A stretch of DNA of 14,454 nt from Promethearchaeota archaeon (GCA_048941265.1 JBHLNT010000102.1:1-14454), one strand, 5' to 3'; shown: positions 6,996 through 14,454, counted from the first letter of the stretch. Translations and numbers: made by a program. Notes: a model not told the origin generated them from the letters alone.

Positions 6996-7910
6996 ATGAA
7001 AAAAGAATTTCGTCCCGCGGCATTAGTTAATATTACAAATAGATGTAATTTAAAATGTAAGCATTGTTTTGTTTTCCGAGAGGGTACTCCTAACAAAGTT
7101 ACCAAAAAGAACGAAATGCCAGCACAATTAATGATAAAAGAACTTAAGAAATTCAGGAAAAAATATGGCATCCTTCGAATGCTTTGGATGGGTGGAGAAC
7201 CTCTATTAAGAAAAGATGTCCTAAAGCTAGGAATGAAATTATTTTTTCAGAATGTCATCACAACCAACGGAACATTGCCTTTAATTAATTTAGGACCAAA
7301 AATAAAATGGGTTATTTCATTAGATGGACCCGAAGAAATTAATGATGAGATAAGAGGAAAAGGTTGTTTTAGTAAAGTGATAAACAATTTGAATAATTTA
7401 CCGGATAATTTTAATGGAGATCTTCAGTGTAATTGTGTAGTTACTAAGAAAAATGAAAATTATCTTGAAGAACTAATCAAGATTTTACAAAAAGAAACTC
7501 CTATTAGGGGGGTAACTTTTTCTTTCTATGTCCCAAAAAGGAATGATATGAGTGATCTTGGTTGGAAAACTCTGGAAGAGCGGGATTTGGTTATTAAAAA
7601 CGTAATAGCTTTAAAAACAAAATATCCGCAATATATTCTAAATAATATGATGATATTTGAGTTTATGTTATCCCAAACGGCTTTACAATTTACTAATAAT
7701 TGCCCCGTAAAGAAGTATATGCTTCCTCTTTATCTCGGAGAGGTTGGATTTGAACAACCATTTTGTTGTTATGGAAATGATGTTAATTGTGATTTATGCG
7801 GCGCTTGGGCTGTATTTCACTTAGGAGCGATTATTAAAGCAAATCCAGGATGGCCTGAAATAGTTACAGGTACATTTAAAAGAGTTACTCCCACCAATAT
7901 ATCAGTGTAA
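6996..7910 (+). CDS. Radical SAM protein (MoaA/NifB/PqqE-like core) with Cys-rich C-terminus, 304 aa
   Basis: CNLKCKHC (CxxxCxxC), GGEPLLR, TTNGT and ISLDG...NDEIRGKG are present. The C-terminus reads C-x20-CC-x6-C-x2-C. Confidence 0.93.
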   Translation: MKKEFRPAALVNITNRCNLKCKHCFVFREGTPNKVTKKNEMPAQLMIKELKKFRKKYGILRMLWMGGEPLLRKDVLKLGMKLFFQNVITTNGTLPLINLGPKIKWVISLDGPEEINDEIRGKGCFSKVINNLNNLPDNFNGDLQCNCVVTKKNENYLEELIKILQKETPIRGVTFSFYVPKRNDMSDLGWKTLEERDLVIKNVIALKTKYPQYILNNMMIFEFMLSQTALQFTNNCPVKKYMLPLYLGEVGFEQPFCCYGNDVNCDLCGAWAVFHLGAIIKANPGWPEIVTGTFKRVTPTNISV

Positions 7911-8005
7911 ATGAAATCTTAAGTATATTCAGAAAAAGATAACACATAATCATCGAAAATTGTTAGTGAATTTAAAATAGGATTTCATTTTTATCTTCTG
8001 ATAAT

Positions 8006-8035
8006 AAAACTTTATAAGATATTGCGAAATATCTT
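8006..8035 (+). promoter_or_regulatory. BRE/TATA (AAAACTTTATAA) overlapped by a perfect palindrome AAGATATT-gcga-AATATCTT (candidate operator)
   Basis: TTTATAA is at 8011-8017, the palindrome arms are at 8016-8023 and 8028-8035, and the ATG is at 8069. Confidence 0.6.
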
Positions 8036-8068
8036 TAATTTAATTAAATTATAAAAGTCCATTTAGTT

Positions 8069-9865
8069 ATGAGTGAAAGAAAACTTATTAAACCATATGA
8101 AGGATCGGTTGAAAATTTAATTTCTTCCAACAATCGATATATTTTTATGGTTGGAGCAGGTATATCAATAGATCCTCCCGCAAATCTTCTCCCTGCACCT
8201 CAATTCATTCAATATCTATTAGAACTCTGCGCTCCTAAAGAAGAAATACCGAATTTATTAACGTTAAAAACTCTTCGATATGAAATGATTGTTGAATTAA
8301 TCCAACGCTATATCGATTATGGTTTAGAATTTATGGATTATTTTGGATTTGGAACGGAACCTAATCTTAATCATTATTTTTTAGCGCAAGCCATTGCGAA
8401 AGGTCATGCTGTCTATACAACTAATTTTGATTATCTGATTGAATATGCATTACAAAAAATACTTCCTGACGATAAAAAATCACAAATTTTACCCGTTATA
8501 ACTAAAAGTGATTTTACCGATAATCAAAATCCGTATAAATCTTTTTCTGAAGGCAAATTTCCGGTCTATAAACTTCATGGTGCAAAGAGGAATGTTATTA
8601 CTAATATTAAAACCACTGATTCCTTAGTAACAACTATTAGCGCATTCGGTAAAGGAGATGTAGTCCTATCCTTAGAACCCGCCAAGAAAAAATCATTAGT
8701 GGAAATAAGCAAAGATAAAACATTAATTATAATGGGATATTCGGGGAGTGATGACTTTGATGTTGCACCTGTGCTAAGAACCTTATTTGATATAAAGAGC
8801 TTAATATGGATTGCTCATCATGCAGAAGATAGCATTGAAATGTATGAATTTGATCCTAAAGCTGCTTTTGTTATCCCAAAGGGATTATCTCGAACAGAAA
8901 GGTTGCTTGCTGAAATTTGTTCTAATACGGAAACCCAAGTTATAATGATAAAAGCCAATACCAGTAAATATATTGAAGAAAAATTATGGGCATTACTTTT
9001 TGATAAAGAAAAAATACCGAAGATAGATAAATCTATAACCTCTAAAGTCCCTCACTTTCAGGATTGGATAAGTGAGAAATTTCCTAATGTTCCCGAAGTT
9101 CTTAAATGGAAATGCACAGCTGATATTTATCTGGATTTAGGATTTAAAGATGATTTTTACCGATGTGCTCAAAAGGGATTAAATATTGCCCAAGAGATTA
9201 AATCAAAGAAAATGGAAGCGGAATTTCAAAATCTTATGGGCGTTTATCATTATAACGAAAAGGCATTTGATGAAGCCTTGTCTTTTTTTGAAAAAGCGCT
9301 GGAAATCAATAAAGAGATGGGCAATCAACAGCTTCAAGGAATCAGGATTAATAATATTGGATTAATTCATTTTGAAAAGGGAAATTATGAAGAAGCAATG
9401 AAATCATTTGAAGATGCTTTTAAGATTGCTCAAGGACGAGGGGATTATCACGGAATGGCTGCTCGCCTTAATAATATGGGATTGGTTTATCTCAAACAAG
9501 AAGATTATGAAAAAGCAATTGAAAAATTAAAGGAAGCACTAAAATACGACATGAGATCAGGAAATTTGGCAGGACGTGTTATGAGATTAACTAATATTGG
9601 AGATACCTATAAAAGTCAAAAAAATTTTCCCGAAGCACTTGAAAATTATAGAAATGCCTATCAAATAGTTCAAAAACTCAGTGATCGAATCAAGATGGGA
9701 AAAATCTTAATTGAATTAGGTAAAACATATGCAGATATGAATGATATAGGCAAGGCAATTACAAATTTAAGAGAAGCAATTGATATATTGAAAGACACAG
9801 GTGATAAGGTAAGTTTATTTGAAGCAGAAGAAACACTAAAGGGAGTCAAGAAACTTTTAAAATAG
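8069..9865 (+). CDS. SIR2-like domain (SIR2_2 type) fused to C-terminal tetratricopeptide repeats, 598 aa
   Basis: FMVGAGIS (G29), YTTNFD (N119), YKLHG (H170) and MGYSGSDDFD (G223) are present. About six 40-aa TPR-like repeats run from residue ~345, with NNIG/NNMG/TNIG and A..F.KAL patterns. Confidence 0.92.
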   Translation: MSERKLIKPYEGSVENLISSNNRYIFMVGAGISIDPPANLLPAPQFIQYLLELCAPKEEIPNLLTLKTLRYEMIVELIQRYIDYGLEFMDYFGFGTEPNLNHYFLAQAIAKGHAVYTTNFDYLIEYALQKILPDDKKSQILPVITKSDFTDNQNPYKSFSEGKFPVYKLHGAKRNVITNIKTTDSLVTTISAFGKGDVVLSLEPAKKKSLVEISKDKTLIIMGYSGSDDFDVAPVLRTLFDIKSLIWIAHHAEDSIEMYEFDPKAAFVIPKGLSRTERLLAEICSNTETQVIMIKANTSKYIEEKLWALLFDKEKIPKIDKSITSKVPHFQDWISEKFPNVPEVLKWKCTADIYLDLGFKDDFYRCAQKGLNIAQEIKSKKMEAEFQNLMGVYHYNEKAFDEALSFFEKALEINKEMGNQQLQGIRINNIGLIHFEKGNYEEAMKSFEDAFKIAQGRGDYHGMAARLNNMGLVYLKQEDYEKAIEKLKEALKYDMRSGNLAGRVMRLTNIGDTYKSQKNFPEALENYRNAYQIVQKLSDRIKMGKILIELGKTYADMNDIGKAITNLREAIDILKDTGDKVSLFEAEETLKGVKKLLK

Positions 9866-9871
9866 CGTAAA

Positions 9872-9889
9872 TATCATTGATTAATGATA
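9872..9889. repeat. Perfect 7-bp inverted repeat TATCATT-gatt-AATGATA
   Basis: Read directly from the sequence. It lies 6 nt after the SIR2-TPR stop and 87 nt before the glpD start. Confidence 0.45.
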
Positions 9890-9976
9890 GTCAAAGTATT
9901 GAAAAATAAATCTCTTCTAATAGTATAAAATTGGAAATCTTAATTATGTTAAATTATTTTAAAAAATGTGATATAA

Positions 9977-11659
9977 ATGAGTGAATTAGAAGTCAAATTA
10001 TTTGATCAATCCTGGAATTATCAACATAGAGCTGATATTATAAAGAGATTTAAAGAAACTAGATATGATTTAATTGTCATCGGGGCGGGCATTACCGGTG
10101 TTGGAGTAGCTAGAGAAGCGACAATGAGGGGCTTAAAAGTTGCTGTAGTTGATATGCAAGATTTTGCTGCTGGAACCTCATCTAGGAGTTCAAAATTAGG
10201 TCATGGAGGAATTCGGTATCTAGGACATGGAGATATGGATTTAGTACAGGAATCTGCTACAGAAAGAAATTGGATGGTTGCTCATATTCCACATTTAGTC
10301 AGACCATTACCTTTCATGCTTGTAGTTTTAAAAGGAGGAAAGTACAAAAAACGAGATATAGTAGGCGCTGGTAAAATTTACGATTTTTTAGGAAATAAAG
10401 ATACTGAATTTAAAATATATAAGAAACATAAATGGTATAAAGCGGAGGAAATTTTCGAATTAGAACCTGAATTTATTAGAGAGGGAAATGAAGGAGGCAT
10501 GCTTTATTATGATACCAATCTAGATGATGCAAGATTAACTATTGAGACATTAAAAGAAGCTGTAATTAGAAATACTGATGCTGTAAATTATTGTGAAGTT
10601 TTAGACTATCTTATGAATAATGGAAAAATTATCGGAGTAAAGTGTAAGGATTTAATAAACAATACTGATTTTGAAATAAAGGGTACTTTAGTAATCAATG
10701 CAACTGGTATTTGGACAGATAATCTGGTTAAAAATTACCCTGATGATGTCCCAGAACCATTAATTCGACCAACAAAAGGCGTTCATATTCAATATAAACG
10801 CAAACATGTGAAACATAATCATGCTTTAGGGTTACGTTCCATTAGTGATAACCGTTTCTTTTTTGTTATCCCGCGTGGCGATTATACTATTCTTGGGACA
10901 ACTGATACAGACTATAAAGGTGATTTAAAAAATCCTTTTTGTACTAAAGAGGATACAGATTATTTAATACAATCAGTGAAATATCATTTACCTGCTGCTG
11001 AATTAGAATACGAAAATATTCTTTCAACATATGCCGGTATTAGGCCTCTAGTCATGCAAAAAGGAAAGTCAGAAAGCGATGTTTCCCGAAAGCATATTAT
11101 TTTCTTCTCTGATGATGGTCTTCTTACCATAACTGGGGGAAAATTAACAGCTTGGAGGGCCATGGCAGAAGACTTATTCAGATATGTTGAAGAAAAAAAT
11201 ATTTTTCCAGATATAAAAAGAGAAAAGAATTTTTCGAAACAGAAATTTATCATTGGCTTGGATAAAGAAGATTGGCTTAAGGAATATAATAAATCTGGAG
11301 TTAAGCTCGATGATGATATCGTAGATCACATATACCAACAGTACGGCAAGGGCGCTATTAAAATTCTCGAAATGATAAAGGAAGATGGGAACCTTAAAGC
11401 AAGAATTATGGATGAAAATGACTTCATCAAGGCGGAAATACTCTATGTTCTAAGATATGAGATGACTCCGCATTTAATTGATGTATTTTGCCGCCGAACG
11501 GAAATGTCGCTGTGGATAAGACACGATAAAGCGCGTCTAGCTAGCGAAAAAGTGGCCGAACTAATGGCTAAAGAATATTCCTGGTCGGAGGATACAAAGA
11601 ACATTGAAATTGAAAATTACATTGACTATGTGAAAAAAACAGTAGCATTTATAAAATAA
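9977..11659 (+). CDS. glpD: FAD-dependent glycerol-3-phosphate dehydrogenase/oxidase (GlpD type), 560 aa
   Basis: IVIGAGITG, DFAAGTSSRSSKLGHGGIRYL, DDARL, INATGIW, RPTKGVH, GTTDTDY, YAGIRPL, SRKH and ITGGKLT are present, with a C-terminal domain (E...E..HLIDV..RRT). A GTGA SD-like site is at 9968-9971. Confidence 0.93.
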   Translation: MSELEVKLFDQSWNYQHRADIIKRFKETRYDLIVIGAGITGVGVAREATMRGLKVAVVDMQDFAAGTSSRSSKLGHGGIRYLGHGDMDLVQESATERNWMVAHIPHLVRPLPFMLVVLKGGKYKKRDIVGAGKIYDFLGNKDTEFKIYKKHKWYKAEEIFELEPEFIREGNEGGMLYYDTNLDDARLTIETLKEAVIRNTDAVNYCEVLDYLMNNGKIIGVKCKDLINNTDFEIKGTLVINATGIWTDNLVKNYPDDVPEPLIRPTKGVHIQYKRKHVKHNHALGLRSISDNRFFFVIPRGDYTILGTTDTDYKGDLKNPFCTKEDTDYLIQSVKYHLPAAELEYENILSTYAGIRPLVMQKGKSESDVSRKHIIFFSDDGLLTITGGKLTAWRAMAEDLFRYVEEKNIFPDIKREKNFSKQKFIIGLDKEDWLKEYNKSGVKLDDDIVDHIYQQYGKGAIKILEMIKEDGNLKARIMDENDFIKAEILYVLRYEMTPHLIDVFCRRTEMSLWIRHDKARLASEKVAELMAKEYSWSEDTKNIEIENYIDYVKKTVAFIK

Positions 11660-11682
11660 AAAAATAATTAGGGAATTTATAT

Positions 11683-11695
11683 AAAAAAAAGAAAG
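11683..11695 (-). terminator. Oligo-T terminator candidate for the minus-strand surface protein gene
   Basis: AAAAAAAAGAAAG on the plus strand reads CTTTCTTTTTTTT on the minus strand, just after the stop at 11702. Confidence 0.5.
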
Positions 11696-11701
11696 TATTA
11701 T

Positions 11702-14454
11702 TTATTCATTTCTTATTCTTTCAATTCTTTCAATTTCTTTTACCCGTGATTTACCAGAACCTTTCTTCTTTATAATTGTAATAACTGCCACAGCTGCAAT
11801 TGAACTACCGATAACTGTTATCCCTACTGGACTCGTTAAAAATTCTATAATATCAAACTCCTCTTTTCCATCACCACCATTACCGCCTCCATTTCCACCA
11901 TCAGTTGGACTTGGTGTAGGTTCTGGTTCTGGAGTTGTTCCAGATCCCTTATAAATCGGGAGATAATCTTTACTACCAGCAGTGCCAGTGATATTATGAG
12001 GTGTATCTCCAATTCCAAATGGTGCTAAATCATCCACTCCAGTGTAATTATCCCAGTAATTTCCTATTACACTGCTATTCCAATAATTAGTAGTTCCATT
12101 GTCAATAGCATGAATTTTGTTTCCAATGAAGGAGTTGAAATAAATGAGGTTTTTGGTACTATATTCCGATTTATCTATTAGAATCCCTATTTCAGTATTA
12201 TAACTAATAATGTTCATATAAATTACTGTAAAATTTGCTTTCCATATTACTACTCCGTACTCATTTAATGTTAATGAATTATTTTTTATGTAATTTTCAT
12301 AAATTTTTACAGCTGGAAACATAGGAATATCAGGTCTTAAATCTATTCCCCATGTATTATTGCTAACAGAATTATGAATTATCGTATTATTATACCCTTC
12401 TGTTACCCATATTCCATGAGTATTATTATAAACATTATTCATAATGATTGTATTATTATTACCAGATATATATATCCCTCCTTCAGCACTGTTAAACTTA
12501 ACCGTATTATTATATGCGGTATTGTATTTACCTTTTAGAACCAATCCAACAGAATTGTTATATATGATATTGCCTGAAAAATTATTATGAATTCCATAGA
12601 ATATTATTGATATACCAACTCTATGATTAAAAACAATATTGTTTTTTACAAATGAGTAGTTGCTGAGAAATAAATCTATTCCACTACCAAAAGCATTACC
12701 CGAAAAATCATAAATAAGATTATTTGTTATGTTATTTTTATTACTATATTCTATGTAGATACCATATCTCTCCCCAGAAGCTTTCTTAAATATTGAATTA
12801 TCATGGATTAAATTATCGTAACATTTTGAAAGAATTATTCCATAATTGTTATCTGAACAGTTATTTCTAATGATTAAAGAGTTATTTACTGATTCTAATC
12901 TAATACCCGCACCTCCAGATGGACTGCAATTAAAAACTTTACAATTTTCAATCGTAAAAAAAACACTCGAATTGGCGATTAAAATACAATTTCCTGAACC
13001 AGATCCGTTAATAACTAGGTTCTTTATGATATAAGGATTCTGTTCTTTACCTGAACCAGTACACCAATATTTGACTAACACTGTCTGAGTCCAATTTAAT
13101 GCGCTCACACCTGTACCATCAATATAAATTTTCTCTCCATTATGAATTGGATTCTCAAAAATTGGTTTTGTATCATTAGCAGCAAAAATTTTACTTCTAT
13201 CATAAATTGTGTAATTTATATCCCCGATTCCATCATTATTATTATCAAAACCCCCTCTTTCCGTGTAATTATCCCAGTAATTACCTATTATTCCATTATC
13301 CCATTGGTTAAAATCTCCCTCATCCCACGCATGTGATCTGTTATTCTTTATGAATGCATTTCTGTAAAAGAGGTTATTATTACATCCAAACTCAATATGT
13401 ATTCCAACTTTACTACTATTTATAATCGAATTATCTCTAATGAGGTTTTCCTGGCTATACGCTATAAATTTAATCCCAATTTTATTATTTTCAATGATAT
13501 TGTTTGTGATATTGTTATTAGCAACTGTATCCCATCCGCCACCATCTAAGGTAATCCCAACATTATTGTTAGAAATATAATTTTCCGAGATTATTGTGTA
13601 ATTAGATGAGCTAATAAGAATCCCAAAATCTGTATTTATAACAATATTACCTGTTAAGTTATTATAATGACTCATTATTAACAATACCCCTTCACCATCT
13701 TTAAAAATATTAGAAAAAATCGTATTATTATTGCTTGTCCATAAATATAAATCTCCTGAATCTTCAAAATAACAATTAGTAATGAAATTATGATCGCTGC
13801 TGTATTGCAATCGTATATCAGCATCATTAGTAAGATTAATATTTAAAATAGTATTATAACAGGAATAATAAAGTCTTATAGAGCTCCAATTTGATAAACT
13901 CAATTCAGAGATAAGAGAATTATTACAATTGGCAATAATTATTTGACCTACTTTTCCTGTGAAATTCTCATTTGTAAGACCGTTTTTATTCGCGTAGTAA
14001 TATAGAATTCCATCATTTACTGTATTTGTAACACTTATTGTATGTGAACAAGTTTGCTCTTTAAACCATGAAGAGATACCTAAAGAAACATTTATGAAAA
14101 TATTATTATGTAATATACTATACCATCCCATCAAATAAAAATAATTCCCAATTACAACATTTTCCGAGAAGATAGTGTAATTTCCGAAATCCTCCAATCC
14201 AGCTAAATCCGTTCCCCATTCAGTATTATTAAAGATATAATTTCCTGAAAAATTATTACCCAAACCACCTGTTGTTATACCGCCGTAAAAATTTTTCGTA
14301 ACTATATTATTCGATATATTATTAAAATTATTTTCATAATAACCGGTATATATACCTCCTAAGTTTATTCCAGTTTCAGTATTACCATCTACAATATTTC
14401 CAATAATTAGATTATTATGACAACCTTCATCAAAAGATATGCCAAAATGATCAT
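11702..14454 (-). CDS. Large membrane-anchored right-handed parallel beta-helix (NosD/CASH) surface protein, 5'-truncated by the window edge (at least 916 aa)
   Basis: The frame stays open upstream of the TTG at 14263 to the window end (DHFGISFDEGCHNNLIIGNIVDGNTETGINLGG...). It has many N-x-I-x-x-N/GI PbH1 repeats, two GNYWDNY...GIGD caps, a Pro/Thr and Gly linker, a TM helix (~11771-11827) and a basic tail. Many N-x-S/T sequons are present. Confidence 0.9.
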   Translation of the reverse strand, partial: DHFGISFDEGCHNNLIIGNIVDGNTETGINLGGIYTGYYENNFNNISNNIVTKNFYGGITTGGLGNNFSGNYIFNNTEWGTDLAGLEDFGNYTIFSENVVIGNYFYLMGWYSILHNNIFINVSLGISSWFKEQTCSHTISVTNTVNDGILYYYANKNGLTNENFTGKVGQIIIANCNNSLISELSLSNWSSIRLYYSCYNTILNINLTNDADIRLQYSSDHNFITNCYFEDSGDLYLWTSNNNTIFSNIFKDGEGVLLIMSHYNNLTGNIVINTDFGILISSSNYTIISENYISNNNVGITLDGGGWDTVANNNITNNIIENNKIGIKFIAYSQENLIRDNSIINSSKVGIHIEFGCNNNLFYRNAFIKNNRSHAWDEGDFNQWDNGIIGNYWDNYTERGGFDNNNDGIGDINYTIYDRSKIFAANDTKPIFENPIHNGEKIYIDGTGVSALNWTQTVLVKYWCTGSGKEQNPYIIKNLVINGSGSGNCILIANSSVFFTIENCKVFNCSPSGGAGIRLESVNNSLIIRNNCSDNNYGIILSKCYDNLIHDNSIFKKASGERYGIYIEYSNKNNITNNLIYDFSGNAFGSGIDLFLSNYSFVKNNIVFNHRVGISIIFYGIHNNFSGNIIYNNSVGLVLKGKYNTAYNNTVKFNSAEGGIYISGNNNTIIMNNVYNNTHGIWVTEGYNNTIIHNSVSNNTWGIDLRPDIPMFPAVKIYENYIKNNSLTLNEYGVVIWKANFTVIYMNIISYNTEIGILIDKSEYSTKNLIYFNSFIGNKIHAIDNGTTNYWNSSVIGNYWDNYTGVDDLAPFGIGDTPHNITGTAGSKDYLPIYKGSGTTPEPEPTPSPTDGGNGGGNGGDGKEEFDIIEFLTSPVGITVIGSSIAAVAVITIIKKKGSGKSRVKEIERIERIRNE
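12042..13290. repeat. Direct repeat pair, 27/28 nt identical (12042-12069 and 13263-13290)
   Basis: gtgtaattatcccagtaatt(t/a)cctatta encodes IGNYWDNYT at the end of each beta-helix module. Confidence 0.8.

Noticed and set aside
6923-7030. Selenocysteine read-through of the methyltransferase TGA
   Set aside because: The fold is complete at the stop, the extension is low-complexity and overlaps the next promoter and gene, and I see no SECIS-like core. The TAG stops at 6241 and 9863 are followed quickly by further stops, so pyrrolysine is also unsupported.
6965-7171. 68-aa minus-strand ORF
   Set aside because: It is antisense to the radical SAM 5' end, and its hydrophobicity just mirrors the A-rich sense codons.
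6996-7910. Radical SAM protein as a viperin next to SIR2
   Set aside because: It lacks viperin hallmarks (N-x-H before the Cys triad, KINF.GGEP, RWK.FQ) and has a Cys-rich tail that viperins lack.
5263-9865. Four-gene defence operon (nuclease, methyltransferase, radical SAM, SIR2-TPR)
   Set aside because: Most of these genes have their own TATA-like element, the methyltransferase lacks DNA-methylase motifs (DPPY/NPPY/PC), and there are no mobility genes. Synteny data would be needed to support it.
8069-9865. Avs/STAND or classical sirtuin deacetylase call
   Set aside because: There is no P-loop NTPase motif and no room for that domain, no Cys4 zinc module, and the motifs are TTNFD/GYS rather than TQNID/GTS.
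10984-11253. 89-aa minus-strand ORF
   Set aside because: It is an antisense shadow of glpD.
12846-13336. Two short plus-strand ORFs (12846-13034 and 13142-13336)
   Set aside because: Both are antisense shadows of the beta-helix gene.
11702-14454. True nosD (nitrous oxide reductase maturation) gene
   Set aside because: No nosZ/F/Y/L is visible in the window, and the protein is much larger, multi-module and C-terminally anchored, so only the fold is shared.
14407-14454. ATG at the last bases of the window as the surface protein start
   Set aside because: That ATG is in a different frame and reaches TAA after 15 codons, while the real frame runs off the window edge.
1-14454. CRISPR array, tRNA, rRNA or IS element
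   Set aside because: All intergenic gaps are under about 170 nt and very AT-rich, with no spaced repeats, cloverleaf or transposase motifs.

Overview
An AT-rich, gene-dense window with 11 supportable CDSs, two of them cut by the window edges. Oligo-T tracts after stop codons, BRE/TATA-like motifs and the gene families point to an archaeon, possibly Asgard/Lokiarchaeia; that lineage call is inference only. The left part is an acyl-CoA metabolism neighbourhood: two tandem beta-keto acid cleavage enzymes (BKACE/DUF849), a DUF35 plus thiolase-fold pair whose thiolase lacks both canonical catalytic cysteines, and a divergent acyl-CoA dehydrogenase. The middle holds a YprB-like DEDD exonuclease, a class I SAM methyltransferase, a radical SAM protein and a SIR2-like (NADase-type)-TPR fusion with a perfect palindrome beside its TATA box. 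The right part holds a GlpD-type FAD glycerol-3-phosphate dehydrogenase and a large membrane-anchored NosD/CASH beta-helix surface protein. I saw no rRNA, tRNA, CRISPR array or transposase. The best candidates for new biology are the stand-alone SIR2-TPR protein (possible one-gene immune or signalling sensor-effector) and the Cys-less thiolase/DUF35 + BKACE + ACAD set (possible non-canonical C-C cleavage route).
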